A stretch of 64,000 nt of DNA from the human T2T-CHM13v2.0 reference genome, Homo sapiens. A model generated the notes under the pieces. The model had not been told where the DNA came from, did not search any database, and saw nothing but the letters and a program-made list of their open reading frames with translations. Each line of letters begins with the position of its first letter. The first letter of the stretch is position 1. Below, one piece after another: positions 14,182-27,808 of this stretch. The position numbers and the translations under genes were made by a program. The stretch lies in assembly GCF_009914755.1 (NCBI RefSeq), contig NC_060947.1. One strand, 5' to 3'.

Positions 14182-14490
14182 TAAAGAGTGCTTCTTAAAA
14201 TTAAGAGTGTGTATTGATCACCTCGAGTCCTGTTACAATGCAGATTCTCATACTGTAGGTCTGAGTTGTGGCTTGAGATTTTGAATTGCTAATAGGTTGT
14301 CAGTTGAGATTGATGCTGTTGGTACATAGACCACACTTTGAGCAGCAAGATGCTCTGGTTTTCAATGCCTGTGATGCCCGGGTCCTGCCCCAAAGACTTA
14401 TTTATTTCATCTGGGATGTGGCCTGGGCATTGAGATTTTCAAAAGTTCTGCTGCATTCTAATATGCAGCAAGGCTTGAGAACCTCTGTGC
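14182..14490. mobile_element. Two adjacent MER5-family (hAT-Charlie) fragments, MER5A1-like then MER5B-like
   Basis: ATGCAGATTCT...GACCACACTTTGAGCAGCAAG, then GCATTCTAATATGCAGCAAGGCTTGAGAACCTCTG. Confidence 0.75.
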
Positions 14491-15049
14491 CAAAACTCAT
14501 GATGATGTACTGATTCTAGTTATGTTATCAGTAGCCTTAATGTGTTCCCTTTTGCTCATTCTTGCCCCAAGCCCCACCCAGCCATTCCTCTGCTTTTCAG
14601 GTCCAAACATCCAGATGAAGGTGGGGATCAAGGTGAGCACTTCATCCTGTTGCTCTTATCCATCTCTGAGGAGTGGGAGGCAGTTCTGGATGGAAACAGG
14701 AGGCTCAAGCAACCTGAGATTGATTGGGAAGAACAAGCACAATATTCTAGGGGCAAATTCAAGGGTAAGCTGGTTGAGATAGAATGAGGAGGGGGAATAC
14801 AATGAAAAAGTTATCACAGCAAAGCCTGTCTCCAGTCTTGGCCCTGAGAGTGGGACAGTAAAAACAGCCATGTACCCCCCTGAGTCCTGATAGCACCTGA
14901 CAACCAAACCATCTTCTAAGGGTTTTTCCTTCTCAGTATGCAAGGCGACGTGGTTAGTAGAAATGCAAGAGTGACCCCCAGTGGCAAAGTATAGAAGTGA
15001 AGTATTTTCCCCAAAGCATAAACGAAGCAAGGGAACTTAAGAGTAGAGC

Positions 15050-15290
15050 ATAATAATGGTGAGAGTGATAAATCATGGCTACCACATAGTGAACATACAC
15101 TGTGCCAGGCACTACTGTAAGTGATTTACATATATTAGCTTATTTAATCTCAACAAGCCAATGATGTTAATGCTTTTATTATCCCCATATTACATAGGGA
15201 GAAACTGAGGCACGCCACGGTTAAATAACTTGCCCAAGTTTACCCAAGATGAGTGGATAAGCTGGAATTTAAACCAAGGCAATCTGAGGT
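15050..15290 (-). mobile_element. MIR
   Basis: TGTGCCAGGCACT...TATTATCCCCATATTACATAGGGAGAAACTGAGGCAC...AACTTGCCCAAG. Confidence 0.88.
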
Positions 15291-15509
15291 TAACAAAACA
15301 TTACACCAAATTTTCTCTCCAAAAATTAAAAAGACCCCTCAGTCAATGTAAAGTTTGAAACATTAAAAAATAGATACTTGCTCTGTTCTTTCTCATATTT
15401 ACAGGAGAACAGTCAATGGACATATATATTTCAATAGGTAATACCTGAGACAAAGTCAGACAGTGCAGCAGTCCTTACAGCAGGCAGAGAAAAAGATACA
15501 GTGAGAAAA

Positions 15510-17180
15510 CCAAGTTTGACTAAGACACATAAAGAGGCAATAGCATTTTCTGGAAACTGAACTCAAAGTGCCAGAATCCTAATTTTTAAGAAAGGTGTTA
15601 AAGTGCAGTCATGGGGAAATGTGGAAAATAATTACTACATGGCTAAACTTGTTTGTATTTAATAAATTTTCAATGCAATCTGCTAGCTTTAACAAGATAC
15701 AAGTTACCCATGTGTCTTTGACTAAAGCATATAGTCTGTAAATTTTTGACTTTTATCTTTGTAACCCACAAAAGAAACAATATTGTCTTTTGTAGCACAG
15801 AAGAAGCAAGATGTTTTGAGTATTTTTCTACAGACATGGACAACCTTAGGGTTTACATGGATGGAGATTTCCTTTGGTCAAATAGTGAGTGGACTGAGAG
15901 GGGAGAAGAATTTTTAAAGGGAAACAGGAAAAAAACAGAGAAACAAGTGTATTATTTCTGTGTGGAATCTTATTTTCACTAGGAAATTATTTCTTTCTAC
16001 CTATAGCCATGAAGAAAATATAAGGCTAACTATTCTCTATGTCTCTAAAGAAGAAACCAGAGGCTACATTAAGCTTGTCAGAACAGGCTGATTTTGAGGT
16101 AAAATTGGAGCAGACATTAGGGGTCATAGCCTAGAATAAGGTGATGGTCAAGGTGGGACCAGCAACTCTCTGGGTGTTCAAACACCTCAACCATCCCCTA
16201 AATGTTAGCTGCCCTGCACTCGGGGCTGGATTTGTCATACTCTTCCTCACACTCTCTTTCTGGTGAGCTCATCCAATCACATGACTTCAATACCATCTAT
16301 AAAATGTCTCCTGTATGTGTATTTCCATTCCTCACCTCCTGTCCATGAGCATCGCTTGTCACTTTGTCCAAAATCCATCTAAAACTTGTCTACCTCTCTT
16401 CATTTAATCAGCCACCATCGCAGTTCAAGCCACACTAGTCTCTTACTTGGGCAATATCTCCACCTGGTCTCTACTTTCAACTCTCCCACACCCCTCTATA
16501 TTCTTCAAAACAGCCAGAGTCACTGGCTTAACAGTCAGGAGTACATATACTACTTTATATTCAATATCACAAATTTGACCTTCAACCTTGATCTTTTATT
16601 TTTCATTCCTTCTACTGAAGTATTTTTTACCATGTTATTTTATTGGAAGAAATGGCAGAATTGAAAGAAAAAATCAGGAGTGGAGGATTTGTAAGGGTAA
16701 TATGCAGGAAATCACCTCATATCTGTGGGGAATCCAGCCTAAGGCTCAGTCCCATTATCACTGTAACTCAGGGTGAGCTTGCCAAAGTACACTGCCATAC
16801 TGTCACCCAGAGCCTCCATCTTGCTACCTAAAATCAGTAAATGTTAACATTTGCATACTTCCATAAACTACAAGTTTTTATGTAGGGTTGAAATCCAGCT
16901 TTATTTTAATCCCTGCCCAATCCCATTCCCTTCACTTCTTCCCCAGAGGCAACCACTAGGATGAATTCCAGACCATGTTTTACCCTTTACTGTGCACATG
17001 CACCCACAGACACCATGGCCCAAGAATACCCACCCCACCCCACCCCATATATCCGCATAGTTTATAAAGGGACGATTAATGTGTTTTCCAGGGACCTACA
17101 GAATACCATTCCCCTCCACCCCAGTAGATCCTGAAGTACATCCACGTAGGGCAGGGGTGGGTGGAGAGACTGCTGGATAA
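15510..17180 (+). repeat. Old direct duplication, copy 1 (paralogous to 29525-31400)
   Basis: Colinear shared blocks include GCTAAACTTGTTT, CATGTGTCTTTGA, GTCCAAAATCCA, AGCTTGCCAAAG, TTATTTTAATCCCTGCCCAATCCCATTCCC, CAACCACTAGGATGAATTC, GCACATGCACCCACAGACAC and AGACTGCTGGA. Confidence 0.92.
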
Positions 17181-17379
17181 AACAAACATAAGAAGACTCT
17201 GTAGTTTCTTTCTGTCTTCTGAGATGCCCCACTCATCTCTCCTTCTGCATCTTTGCAGTCTTATTTTATCACCACTTTGCCTCATCCATGAAATATCACT
17301 CTGGTTTATAACCTACCTTGAAAGGGAGACATGGTCACCACCTTCAGGATCTGCAAGAACTATGAGTCCATTTCCAGGA

Positions 17380-18002
17380 TGACAGTGTGAGGAGCTACAG
17401 GCACCTACTGCCCAGTGAAATAGGCGAAGCTGGTGAAAACTATTAAAAAAAAACATAAAGTTTCTAGAAATGTTTCCATGGATATAGCAAATGAAGAAAC
17501 ATTTATTTAAAAAATTATTAAAGCTTGAAAAGAACAGTGAGAATTTGTGGCATTTGAGCCATGACCTGCTTCCTATCTCCCCAAGGAGTTCAACTTGACA
17601 GAAGCTCCACTCTGGGTAAGTGTGACCTAAAAGACAAAGCTCCGTCTTCTCTCAACTCTCAATTAATGCTTACCACATTTCAATGGGAGGGGCATGCCAC
17701 CAGTATTTGTGTTCTTCCACTTCAAGTTGTATAGGTAAGTCCCTGGTGACTGTGGATGAAAGGTCATCACTTCCTTCTTTAAACCAGACCCTACCCCATT
17801 GGATGGGGGCTGTACCCAAGGCATGAAAGAACAAGAATACTGGACTTGAAACTGCCCTTACCACAGCTCCTCCTTAGGAAAGAGGCTCCATGCTTGGAGA
17901 GACAATCTGAGAAGATCAGTGGCTTCCATGCCATGCAATGTCCACAGAGTCTTCCCCGGGAGGGAGGCTGTCTATAGGAAAAGTATACTAAATTCTCTCT
18001 AT
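17380..18002 (+). mobile_element. Probable old L1M 5' region, continuing briefly after 25785
   Basis: Resembles ancient L1 5'UTR (GCAAATGAAGAAACATTTATT; TGTGGCATTTGAGCCATGAC). It hosts the L1MA2 insertion. Confidence 0.45.
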
Positions 18003-19475
18003 AGAAACTGAGTTTTTTTAAATTTTTAATTGTTGTGGGTACAAAGTGGGTGTATATATTATGGGTTACATGAGATATTTTTGATATAGGCATACAATGC
18101 GTAATAATCACATCATGGAAAATGAGGTGTCCATTCCTTCAAGCATCTATCCTTTGTGCTACAAACTCTTTTAGTTTGTTTTAGCTACACTCTTTGAGTT
18201 ATTTTAAAATGTGCAATGAAATTATTACTGACCATAGTCACCCTGTTGTGTTATCAAATACTAGCTCTTATTCATTTGTTCCAACTATTTTGAGTACTCA
18301 TTAACCATATGCACCTCCCCTTTCTCCTCCCTTCCCAACCTCTAGTAACAATCCTTCTACTCTCTATCTCCATGAGTTCAATTGTTTTGATTTTCAGATC
18401 CCACAAATGAGTGAGAACATGTGAAGTTTCTCTTTCTGTGCCTGGCTTATTTCACTTAACATAACGACCACCAGTTCCATCCATGTTGTTAAATATGACA
18501 GCATCTCATTTTTATTTATGGCTGAATAGTACTCCATTGTATACAAGTACCACATTATCCATTCATATGTTGGTGGACAGACATTTAGATTGCTTCCAAA
18601 TCTTAGCTGTTTTGAACATTGCTGCAACAAACATGGAAGTGCAGATTTCTCTTCAATATTCTGATATGTTTTGTTTTGGATATATACCCAGCACTGGGAT
18701 CACTGTATCATATAGTAGCTGTATTTATACTTTTTTTGAGAAACCTCCAAACTGATCTCCACAGTGGTTCTACTAATTTACATTCCGCCAACAGTATAGG
18801 AGGGATCCCTTTTCTTCGCACCCTTGCCAGCATTCGTTATTCCCTGTCTTTTAGATATAGGCCATTTTAACTGAGGTGAGATGATATCTCATAGTAGTTT
18901 TGATTTGCATTTTCCTGAAGATCCATGATGTTGAGCACCTTTTCATATGCCTGTTTGCCATATGTATGTCTTCTATTGAGAAATGTCTATTCAAAACTTT
19001 TGCCCAATTTTTGATTGGATTATTAGATGTTTTCCTATATAATTGTTTGAGCTTCTTATATATTCTTGTTATTAATCCCTTGTCAGATGAGTAGTTTGCA
19101 AATATTTTTCCCATTCTGTAGGTTGTTTCTTCACTTTGTTGATTGTTTCCTTTGCTGTGCAGAAGCTTTTTAGCTTGATGTAATCTCATTTGTCCATTTT
19201 AGCTTTGATATCCTGTGCTTGTGGGGTATTACTCAAGTAAATTTTGTCCAGACCAATGTCCTGGAGAGTTTTCCCAATGTTTTCTTGTAATAACTTCATA
19301 GTTGGAGGTCTTAGATTTAAGTATTTAATTCATTTTGATTTGATTTTCGTATATGGCAAGAGATAGGGGTCTAGGTTCATTCTTCTGCATGTGAATACCC
19401 AGTTGTCCCAGCACCATTTATTGAAGAGATGGTCTTTTCTTTAGTGTATGTCCTTGGCACCTTTGTTGAAAATCA

Positions 19476-19818
<343 letters not shown>

Positions 19819-22800
19819 TCACTGTAGGTGTGGGGATTTGTTCCTGGTATCTCCTTTCTGTTCCATTGGTCTATGTGTCTAGTTTTATGCCAGTACCATG
19901 TTGTTTTGATTTCGATGGATTTGTAGTGCAATTTAAAGTTGAATAATGTGATTTCTCCTGTTTTGTTCTTTTTATTCAGGATACCTTTGGCTATTCTGGG
20001 TCTTTTGTGGTTCCATATACATTTTAAGATTGTTTTTTCTATTTCTGTTGAAAGCATCATTGGTATTTTAATAAGGATAGCATTGAATCTGTAGGTTGCT
20101 TTGAGTAGTGTGAACATTTTAGCAATATTGATTCTTCCAATCCATGAACATGGAATATATTTTCATTTTTTGTGTCCTCTTCAACTTCTTTCATCAGTGT
20201 TTTATAGTTTTGTAGATATCTTTCACTTCTTTGGTTAATTCCTTGATAGTTTATTTAATTTGTAGCTATTCTAAATGTGATTACTTTCTTGATTTATTTT
20301 TCAGATTGTTTGCTGTTGGCATGTGGAAATGCTACTAATTCATAAGGTGATTTTGTATCCTGCAACTTTACTGAATGGGTTTATACGTTCTAATAATTTT
20401 TTGGTGAAATCTTTAGATTTTTCCAAATATAAGATCATATCATCTGCAAACAAGGATAATTTGACTTCTTCCTTTCCAATTTTGATGCCCTTTATTTCTT
20501 TCTTTTTTCTGATTGCTTTAACTAAGATGTCCAGTACTATGTTGAATAACAGTGGTGACAGTGAGCATCCTTGTTGTGTTCCAGATATAAAAGGGAAGGC
20601 TTTCAGTTCTTCCCCACTCCATTTGATATCAGCTGTTGGTCTGTTATATTTGGCTTTTATTATGTTGAGGTATTCTCTTCTACACCTAGTTTTTAAGGGC
20701 TTTTATCACGAAGGGATGTTGAAATTTATCGAATGCTTTTTCGGCAACAATTGAAATGATGATATGGTTTTGTCCTTCATTCTGTTCATATTATGTGTCA
20801 CATTGATTGATTTGTGTATGTTGAGTTATCCTTGCATCCATGGGATAGATCTTACTTGTTCATGATGAATGTTCTTTTTAATGTGTTCTTGAATTCAGTT
20901 TGCTAGTATTTTCTTAAGGATTTTTGAGTGAATATTCATTACAGATATTCTCATGTAGTTTTCTTTTTTGATGAGTGTTAGTCTGGTTTTGGAATCAGAG
21001 TAATTCTGGCCTCATCGAATGAGTTTGGAAGTATTCCCTCCTCCTCTATTTTTCAGAATAGTTTCAGTAGGATTGGTATTCTTCTTTAAATGTTTGATAG
21101 AATGCAACAGCGAAGCCATTGAGTCTCGGGCTTCTCTTTACTGGAAGACTATTTATGATGGCTTTGATTTTACTACTTGTTATTTTTTTTCACATTTTGG
21201 ATTTCTTCATGGTTCAAACTTGATAGGTTGTATGTGTCTAGGAGTTTATCCAGTTCCTCTAGATTTTCCCATTATTTGGCATATACTTGCTCATAGTACC
21301 CACTAATAATCCTTTGAATTTCTGTAGTATTAGTTGCAATGTCTCCTTTCCCATCTCTGATTTGATTTATTTGGGTCTTCTCCCTTTCTTCATCTAGAGA
21401 AGATGCTTGATATTATCTCAATTTTTTGAATGTTTTAAGACTTATTTTGTGATCATATCTCAAGTATATGATCTATCCTTGAGAATGATCCCTGTGCTGA
21501 GGAAAAGAATGTGTATTCTGTAGCCCTTGGATGAAATGTTCTATAAATATCTGTTAGATTCATTTTGTCAATTGTGCAGACTAAGTCTGATATTTCTTTG
21601 TTGACTTTGTATCTAGAAGATCTGTCCAATGCTGAAAGTGGGGTATTGAAGTCTCCAGCTATTATTGTATTGGGACTTTTCTCCCTTTAGTGCTAATAAT
21701 ATTTGTTTTATATATCTGGGTGCTCGGATGTTGGGTGCATATATATTTAAAATTGATATAGCCTCTTGCTGAACTGACCCCTTTATCATTATAGTAACCT
21801 TGTTTACCTCTTCTTATAGTTTTTGCCTTGAAATATATTTTGTTTAACACAAGCATAATAACTCCTTCTCTTCATTGGTTTCCATTGACATGGAATATAT
21901 GTTTCCATTACTTTATTTTCAGTCTATGTGTATAGACTAAGAAGTATACTGGAAGTGTGTTTCTTACAGGTAACAGATCATTAGGTATTGTTTTTTTCAT
22001 CCATTCAGCTACTCTATGACTATTTATTGGAGAGTTTAGTCCATTTTCATTCATTGCTATTATTGCTAAGTAGAGACTTTTTCCTGCCATTTTGTATTTA
22101 TTTTCTGGTTGTTTTGTGGTCTTCTCTTCCTTCATTCCTTCCTTCTTTCCTTTCTGTCTTCCTTTCAGTGAAGGTGATTTTCTGTGACTCTGTGATTTAA
22201 TTTCTTAATTTTTTTGTATCCATTGTATGTTTTTTGATTTGAGGTTATTATCTCATAACCCATTATTTTAAACTGATGACAACTTAACACTGATTGCATG
22301 AGCAAATAAACACACAAAAGGAAATCTAATAGAAGTTCTATACTTTTCATTCATTCCCCTGCTTCTTAACTTTTTGCTCTTTCTCTTTATGTCTTATTAT
22401 ACTGTCCATGTTTTGGAAAGTTGTTGTAGTTATTATTTTTGATTCATTCATCATTTAGTCTTTCTACTTAAGATAACGGTAGTTTACACATCACAATTAC
22501 CGCGTTATAACATTCTGTGTTTTTTGTGTACTTATTATTACCAGTGATTTTGTATATTCAGATTATTTTATATTGTTCATTAACATCCTTTTCTGATTGA
22601 AGAACTCCTCTAGCATTTCTTTTAGGACAGGTCTGGTGTTGATGAAATCACTCAGCTTTTGCCTTGGAAGGTCTTTATTTCTCCTTATGCAGAAAAGATA
22701 TTTTCACCAGATATGCTATTCTAGAGTAAAAGTGTTTATCCTTCAGCCCTTAAAATATGTCATGCTACTATCTCAAGGCTTGTAAGGCTTCCATCAAAAA

Positions 22801-24087
22801 GTCTGCTGCCAGATATATTGGAGCACAATTGTGTATTATTTGTTTACTTTCTCTTGCTGCTTTTATGATACTTTTAAATCTGTAACCTTTGGGACTTTGA
22901 TTATTAAACAACTTGAGGTAGTCTCTTCTGGATTAATTCTGCTTGGTGTTATATAGCCTTCTTATACTTGAATGTTGATATTCTCTAGGTTTGAGACATT
23001 CTCTGATATTGTCCCTTTGAATCAACTTTTTACCCCCCTCTCTCTCTACCCCTCCTTTTAGGCCAATAACTTTTAGATTTGCTCTTTTGAAACTATTTTC
23101 TAGATCTTGTAGGCATGTTATATTGTTTTTTATTCTTATTTATTTTGCTTCCTTTGACTGTATATTTTCAAATAGCCTGTCTTTAAGCTCAATGCTTCAT
23201 TCTTTTGCTTGACTAGTTCTGCTTTTAAGAGACTGATACATTCTTTTGTATGCCAATTACCTTTTTCAGCTCTAGAATTTCTGCTTGATTTTTTAAAAAA
23301 TTATAGCAATCTATTTGTTAAATTTATCTGATAGGATTTTGAATTCTTTCTCTGTGTTATCTTGGTTTTCTTTGACTTCTCTCAAAATAGCTATTTTGAA
23401 TTCTCTGTCTGAAAGGTCACACATTTCTGTCTCTCCAGAATTGGTCCCTGCTGCCTTATTTAGTTCATTTTGTGAGCTCATGATTTCCTGGATGATCTTG
23501 ATGCTTGTAGATGTTTGCTGGTGTCTGGGCAGTGAAGACTTAGGTATTTATTGTCATCTCCACTGTCTGGGCTTGTTTGTGCCCATACTACTTGAGAAGG
23601 CTTTCCAGGTATTCAAAGGGACTTGGGCCCCAAGCCCAATAATGCTGTCATTTTTTCCAACTTGTAGAGGGATTGTCTTGGTGGTCTTGGATAAGATCAG
23701 GAAGAATTCTCTGGATTGCCAGGCAGAGACTCTTCTTCTTTCCCTTATTTTCTCCCAGACAAAGTCTCTCTCTTTCTCTATGCTGTTTTGCCTGGAACTT
23801 GGGGTGTGGTGATGCAAGCACCACTGTGGCCACCACCACTGGAACTGCACTTGGTCATACCTGTAGCCAGCACAGCACTGGGTCTCACACAAGGCCTACT
23901 GTAATCACTACTTGGCTATTACCATGTTCACTCAAGGCCCTAGGGCTCTACAATCAGCAGATGGTGAAGCCAGACAGATTTATGTCCTTTTCTTCAGGAC
24001 AATGAATTCTGCAAGGACCCAGACAGATCCAGAGTTGCAGTCTGGGAGCCAGGGATTAGAATCAAAAACCTTAGAAATTTACCTGAT

Positions 24088-24385
<298 letters not shown>

Positions 24386-26134
24386 TTACTGCAGCTAAGA
24401 TGACATTCAAACCACAACACAATGTCCTTCCCAAACTTTCTTCCCCTTTCCACAGGCACAAGAGCCTTTTCCTGTGGCTGGGGGATTCTGTTAGGCCTTT
24501 GCTGATGTTCACTTAAATCTCAAAGGCTCTTCAGTCAGCTTATGGTGAATATTGCCAGGCCTAGGACTCACACTTGAGGGCAGTGGGCTCCCCTCTTGCC
24601 CAGGGCAGGTCCAGAAATGCTGTCCAAGAGCCTAGACCTGGACTCAGGAACCCTAGTAGCCTATTCATTGCTCTCCCCACTGTGGTTGAGCTCGTACCTA
24701 AGGCACAAGACAAGGTCCCCTTTACTTTCCCCTCTGCTTTTCTCAACAGGAGTATTTCAGCATAGCCACCACACTGGCAATATGCTGGGTCTTGCCTGAA
24801 GTCAGCACTTCCCAAGGCACATGGAATACTAGCAGGGTATTGCTGCTGGTTATTCAGTGCCCAACGGCTCGTCAGTTAATGGGTAATAAATCTTGCCAAG
24901 ACTGGGTTCTTCCCTTCAAGGAAGCAGGTTCCCTTTCAGCCCAGAGTGCATCAAGAAATGTTGTCTGTGATCTAGGTCCTGGAATAGGGGCCTCACAACT
25001 CCGCCCATTGGCCTACCTTACTGTGGCTGAGCTGGTATCCAAGATGCAAGACAAAGTCCTCTTCACACTTCTCTCTCCTCTCCATAAGCAGCAGGAAGGG
25101 TTCACTTTCATTGCTGCAAGCTGTACTGCCTGGGGTTTGTGGAGAGGCGGTGCAAGCACTCCCTTACTCACCCTAGCTTGTGTCTTGCTACATCATATGT
25201 CACTCTATTCCACTGGCCTTGAGGCCAGCCCAGCACTAGGAGTTGCCTAGGAAATGCAGTCCTTGTATCCTAGGCTGTCTTTCAAGTTTACCTAGGACCC
25301 CAAAGCACTGTGGCTTCAGTGGCAAGGCTTGCTGAGAAATTCACATTCCGACTGCTGGGATGGGTGATTCCCCTCTGGCTAGGACTGGTCAAAGTGCTCC
25401 CACCATGTGTAGGCACTGGCTGGGCCAAGCCCCAACTTTGCTCTCCATTGTGACAGGGAAGCACTGAGTTCAATGTAAAGTTCTCCAGTTGCTGTACTCT
25501 CCCTGTCCTAAATGCACAGATTCTCTGTATCACATGACTGCTATCGGAGGATGGGGAGGGAGTGGTGTTGGTGATTTAAGACTGTCTGTCCTACCCACTT
25601 CAATGCCTCTTTTAGCAATATGAAGTTAAAACCACATACTGTGATTGCTCACCTGATTTTTTGTTCTTGTGACTGTACTTTTCTGTGTGCAGATTGTTGT
25701 TTAAATTTGCTGTTCCTTCAGGATGGATGAATAGTGTAGGCTTCTATTCCACCACCTTGCTCTGCCCCGACTTCAGAACTGAGTTATTTTTTTTTAAGCA
25801 GAGTGTGAGAGCATTCAAGCCAAAGACTGGTCTGAAAAACAATAGCTTCTCTTTTTTTGAAATTTATTCTATTGTAAAGCAAAACCAATGTATGACTTAA
25901 TATAATTTTTATGAAGTGCCATCCTTTTAAGCACTACACAGGAGAAAACAACAGCAACAACAGAACCTCACCCATCACCCAGCAGCCCCTCCATGTGTCC
26001 ACTTCAATCACACCAGCCTCACTCGCTAAAGTGACCTCCAACCTGATTTCATAACAATCACATCTGCATTCTTTTACAGCTTTATTACTCAAAGAGCATC
26101 CCTGGATACTATGATTTAAACTCATCCTTCATGC

Positions 26135-26620
26135 TTTTTATTTTTTAATTTTTAATTTTTAAAAATATTATATATAGTTAAGATATACCACATGATATTT
26201 TAATATTCATATAGATAATTAAGTGGTAACTATTGTCAAGCAAATTGGCATATCTATTATCTCACATAATTACCTATTTTATTTTTCTGGCAAGAGCACC
26301 TAAAATCTACTCTTTTAGTAAAAATCCCAAATACAATACAATACAATAGTATTTAGTATAGGCCTCAAGGTATCCATTAGATCTCTAGAATTGTTCATCC
26401 TACATATATGTTTCTTTGTAGCCCTTGACATACATCTCCTCACTTCTTACCTCCATCCTTGCCCCCTGGTAACCACTGCTTTATTCTCTATCTCTGCGTA
26501 TTCAGCTTTGTTTGCTTGTTTGTTTTTAGATTCCACATATAAGAGAGATCATGTAGTATTTTTCTTTCTGTCTGGCTTATTTCATTTAGCATAATATCTT
26601 CCAGATTCATTCATGTTGTG
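26135..26620 (-). mobile_element. L1MA 3' end (L1MA9/10-like)
   Basis: T-rich tail; CCTAAAATCTACTCTTTTAG; TTTTAGATTCCACATATAAG; TGGCTTATTTCATTTAGCATAAT. Confidence 0.82.
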
Positions 26621-26833
26621 AATGTTTTGATATATGCAAATCAATAAATGTGATTAACCACATTAACAAAATGAAAGATACAAATCATATGATCATCTCA
26701 GTAAATGCACAAAAAGCATTTGACAACATTCAACACTCTTTCATGATAAAACTCTCAACAGAATAGATATAGAGGTAATGCACCTCAGCACAATAAAAGT
26801 CATATATGACAAACTCTTAGCTAACATCACTGT

Positions 26834-26979
26834 TGGACTGCAGTGGCATGATCATGGCTCACTGCAACTTTGACTTCCTGGGCTCAGATGATTCTTCCAC
26901 CACAACCTCCCGAGTAGCTGGGACTACACTTGCCACCACCATGCCCAGTTAACGTTTTGTATTCTTTGTTTAGAGGGGG
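26834..26979 (-). repeat. Inverted partial Alu copy, near-identical to 27605-27751
   Basis: The reverse complement matches the adjacent Alu, including its non-consensus bases. No poly-A tail and no TSD. Confidence 0.92.
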
Positions 26980-27497
26980 TGGTGAAAATTTGAAAGCTTT
27001 CCCTCTAATATCAGAGAAAAGACAAGGATGCCCCCTTTCACTGCTTTTTTTCAACATAGTTCTAGAAATACTAGCCAGAGAATTTAGACAAGAGAAAGGA
27101 ATAAAAGGGATCCAAATAGGAAAGGAAGAAGTGAAATTTTTTTCTGCTGACACATAATCTAAATATAGAAAATCCTATGGAATCCATACACACAAAAAAA
27201 AACTGTTAGAACTGATAAACAAATTCAGTAAGTTATAAAATGCAAAATCTACATACAAAAGTCATAGCATTTCTAAATACAAATAATGCACTGTCTAAAA
27301 GGGAAATTAAGAAAACAATACCATTTACAACAGCAACAACAACAACAAATATTCAGGTGTAAATTTTATTAAGGAGGTGAAAAACTTCTATACTGAAAAC
27401 TACAGAACGTTGTTGAAATAAATTGAAGAAAATACAAAGAAATAGAATGATATCCCATGTTCATGGATTGGAAGAATATTGTTAAGATGTCCATGTT

Positions 27498-27808
27498 GGC
27501 TAGGAGTGGTGGCTCACACCTGTAATCCTGGTACTTTGGGAGGCCAAGGTGGGCAGTTTGCTTGAGCCCAGGAGTTCGAGACCAGCCTGGGCAACATGGC
27601 AAAACCCCATCTCTACAAAAAATACAAAACTTTAACTGGGCATGGTGGTGTGCAAGTGTAGTCCCAGCTACTTGGGAGGTTGTGGTGGAAGAATCATCTG
27701 AGCCCAGGAAGTCAAAGTTGCAGTGAGCCATGATCATGCCACTGCACTCCAGCCTGGGTGACAAAGTGAGGACCTGTCTCAAAAAACAACAACAACAATA
27801 AAATAAAA
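27498..27808 (+). mobile_element. AluJ
   Basis: Dimeric Alu with J-type GCTTGAGCCCAGGAGTTCGAGACCAGCCTGGGCAACAT and an (AAC)n/(AAAAT)n tail. Confidence 0.93.
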
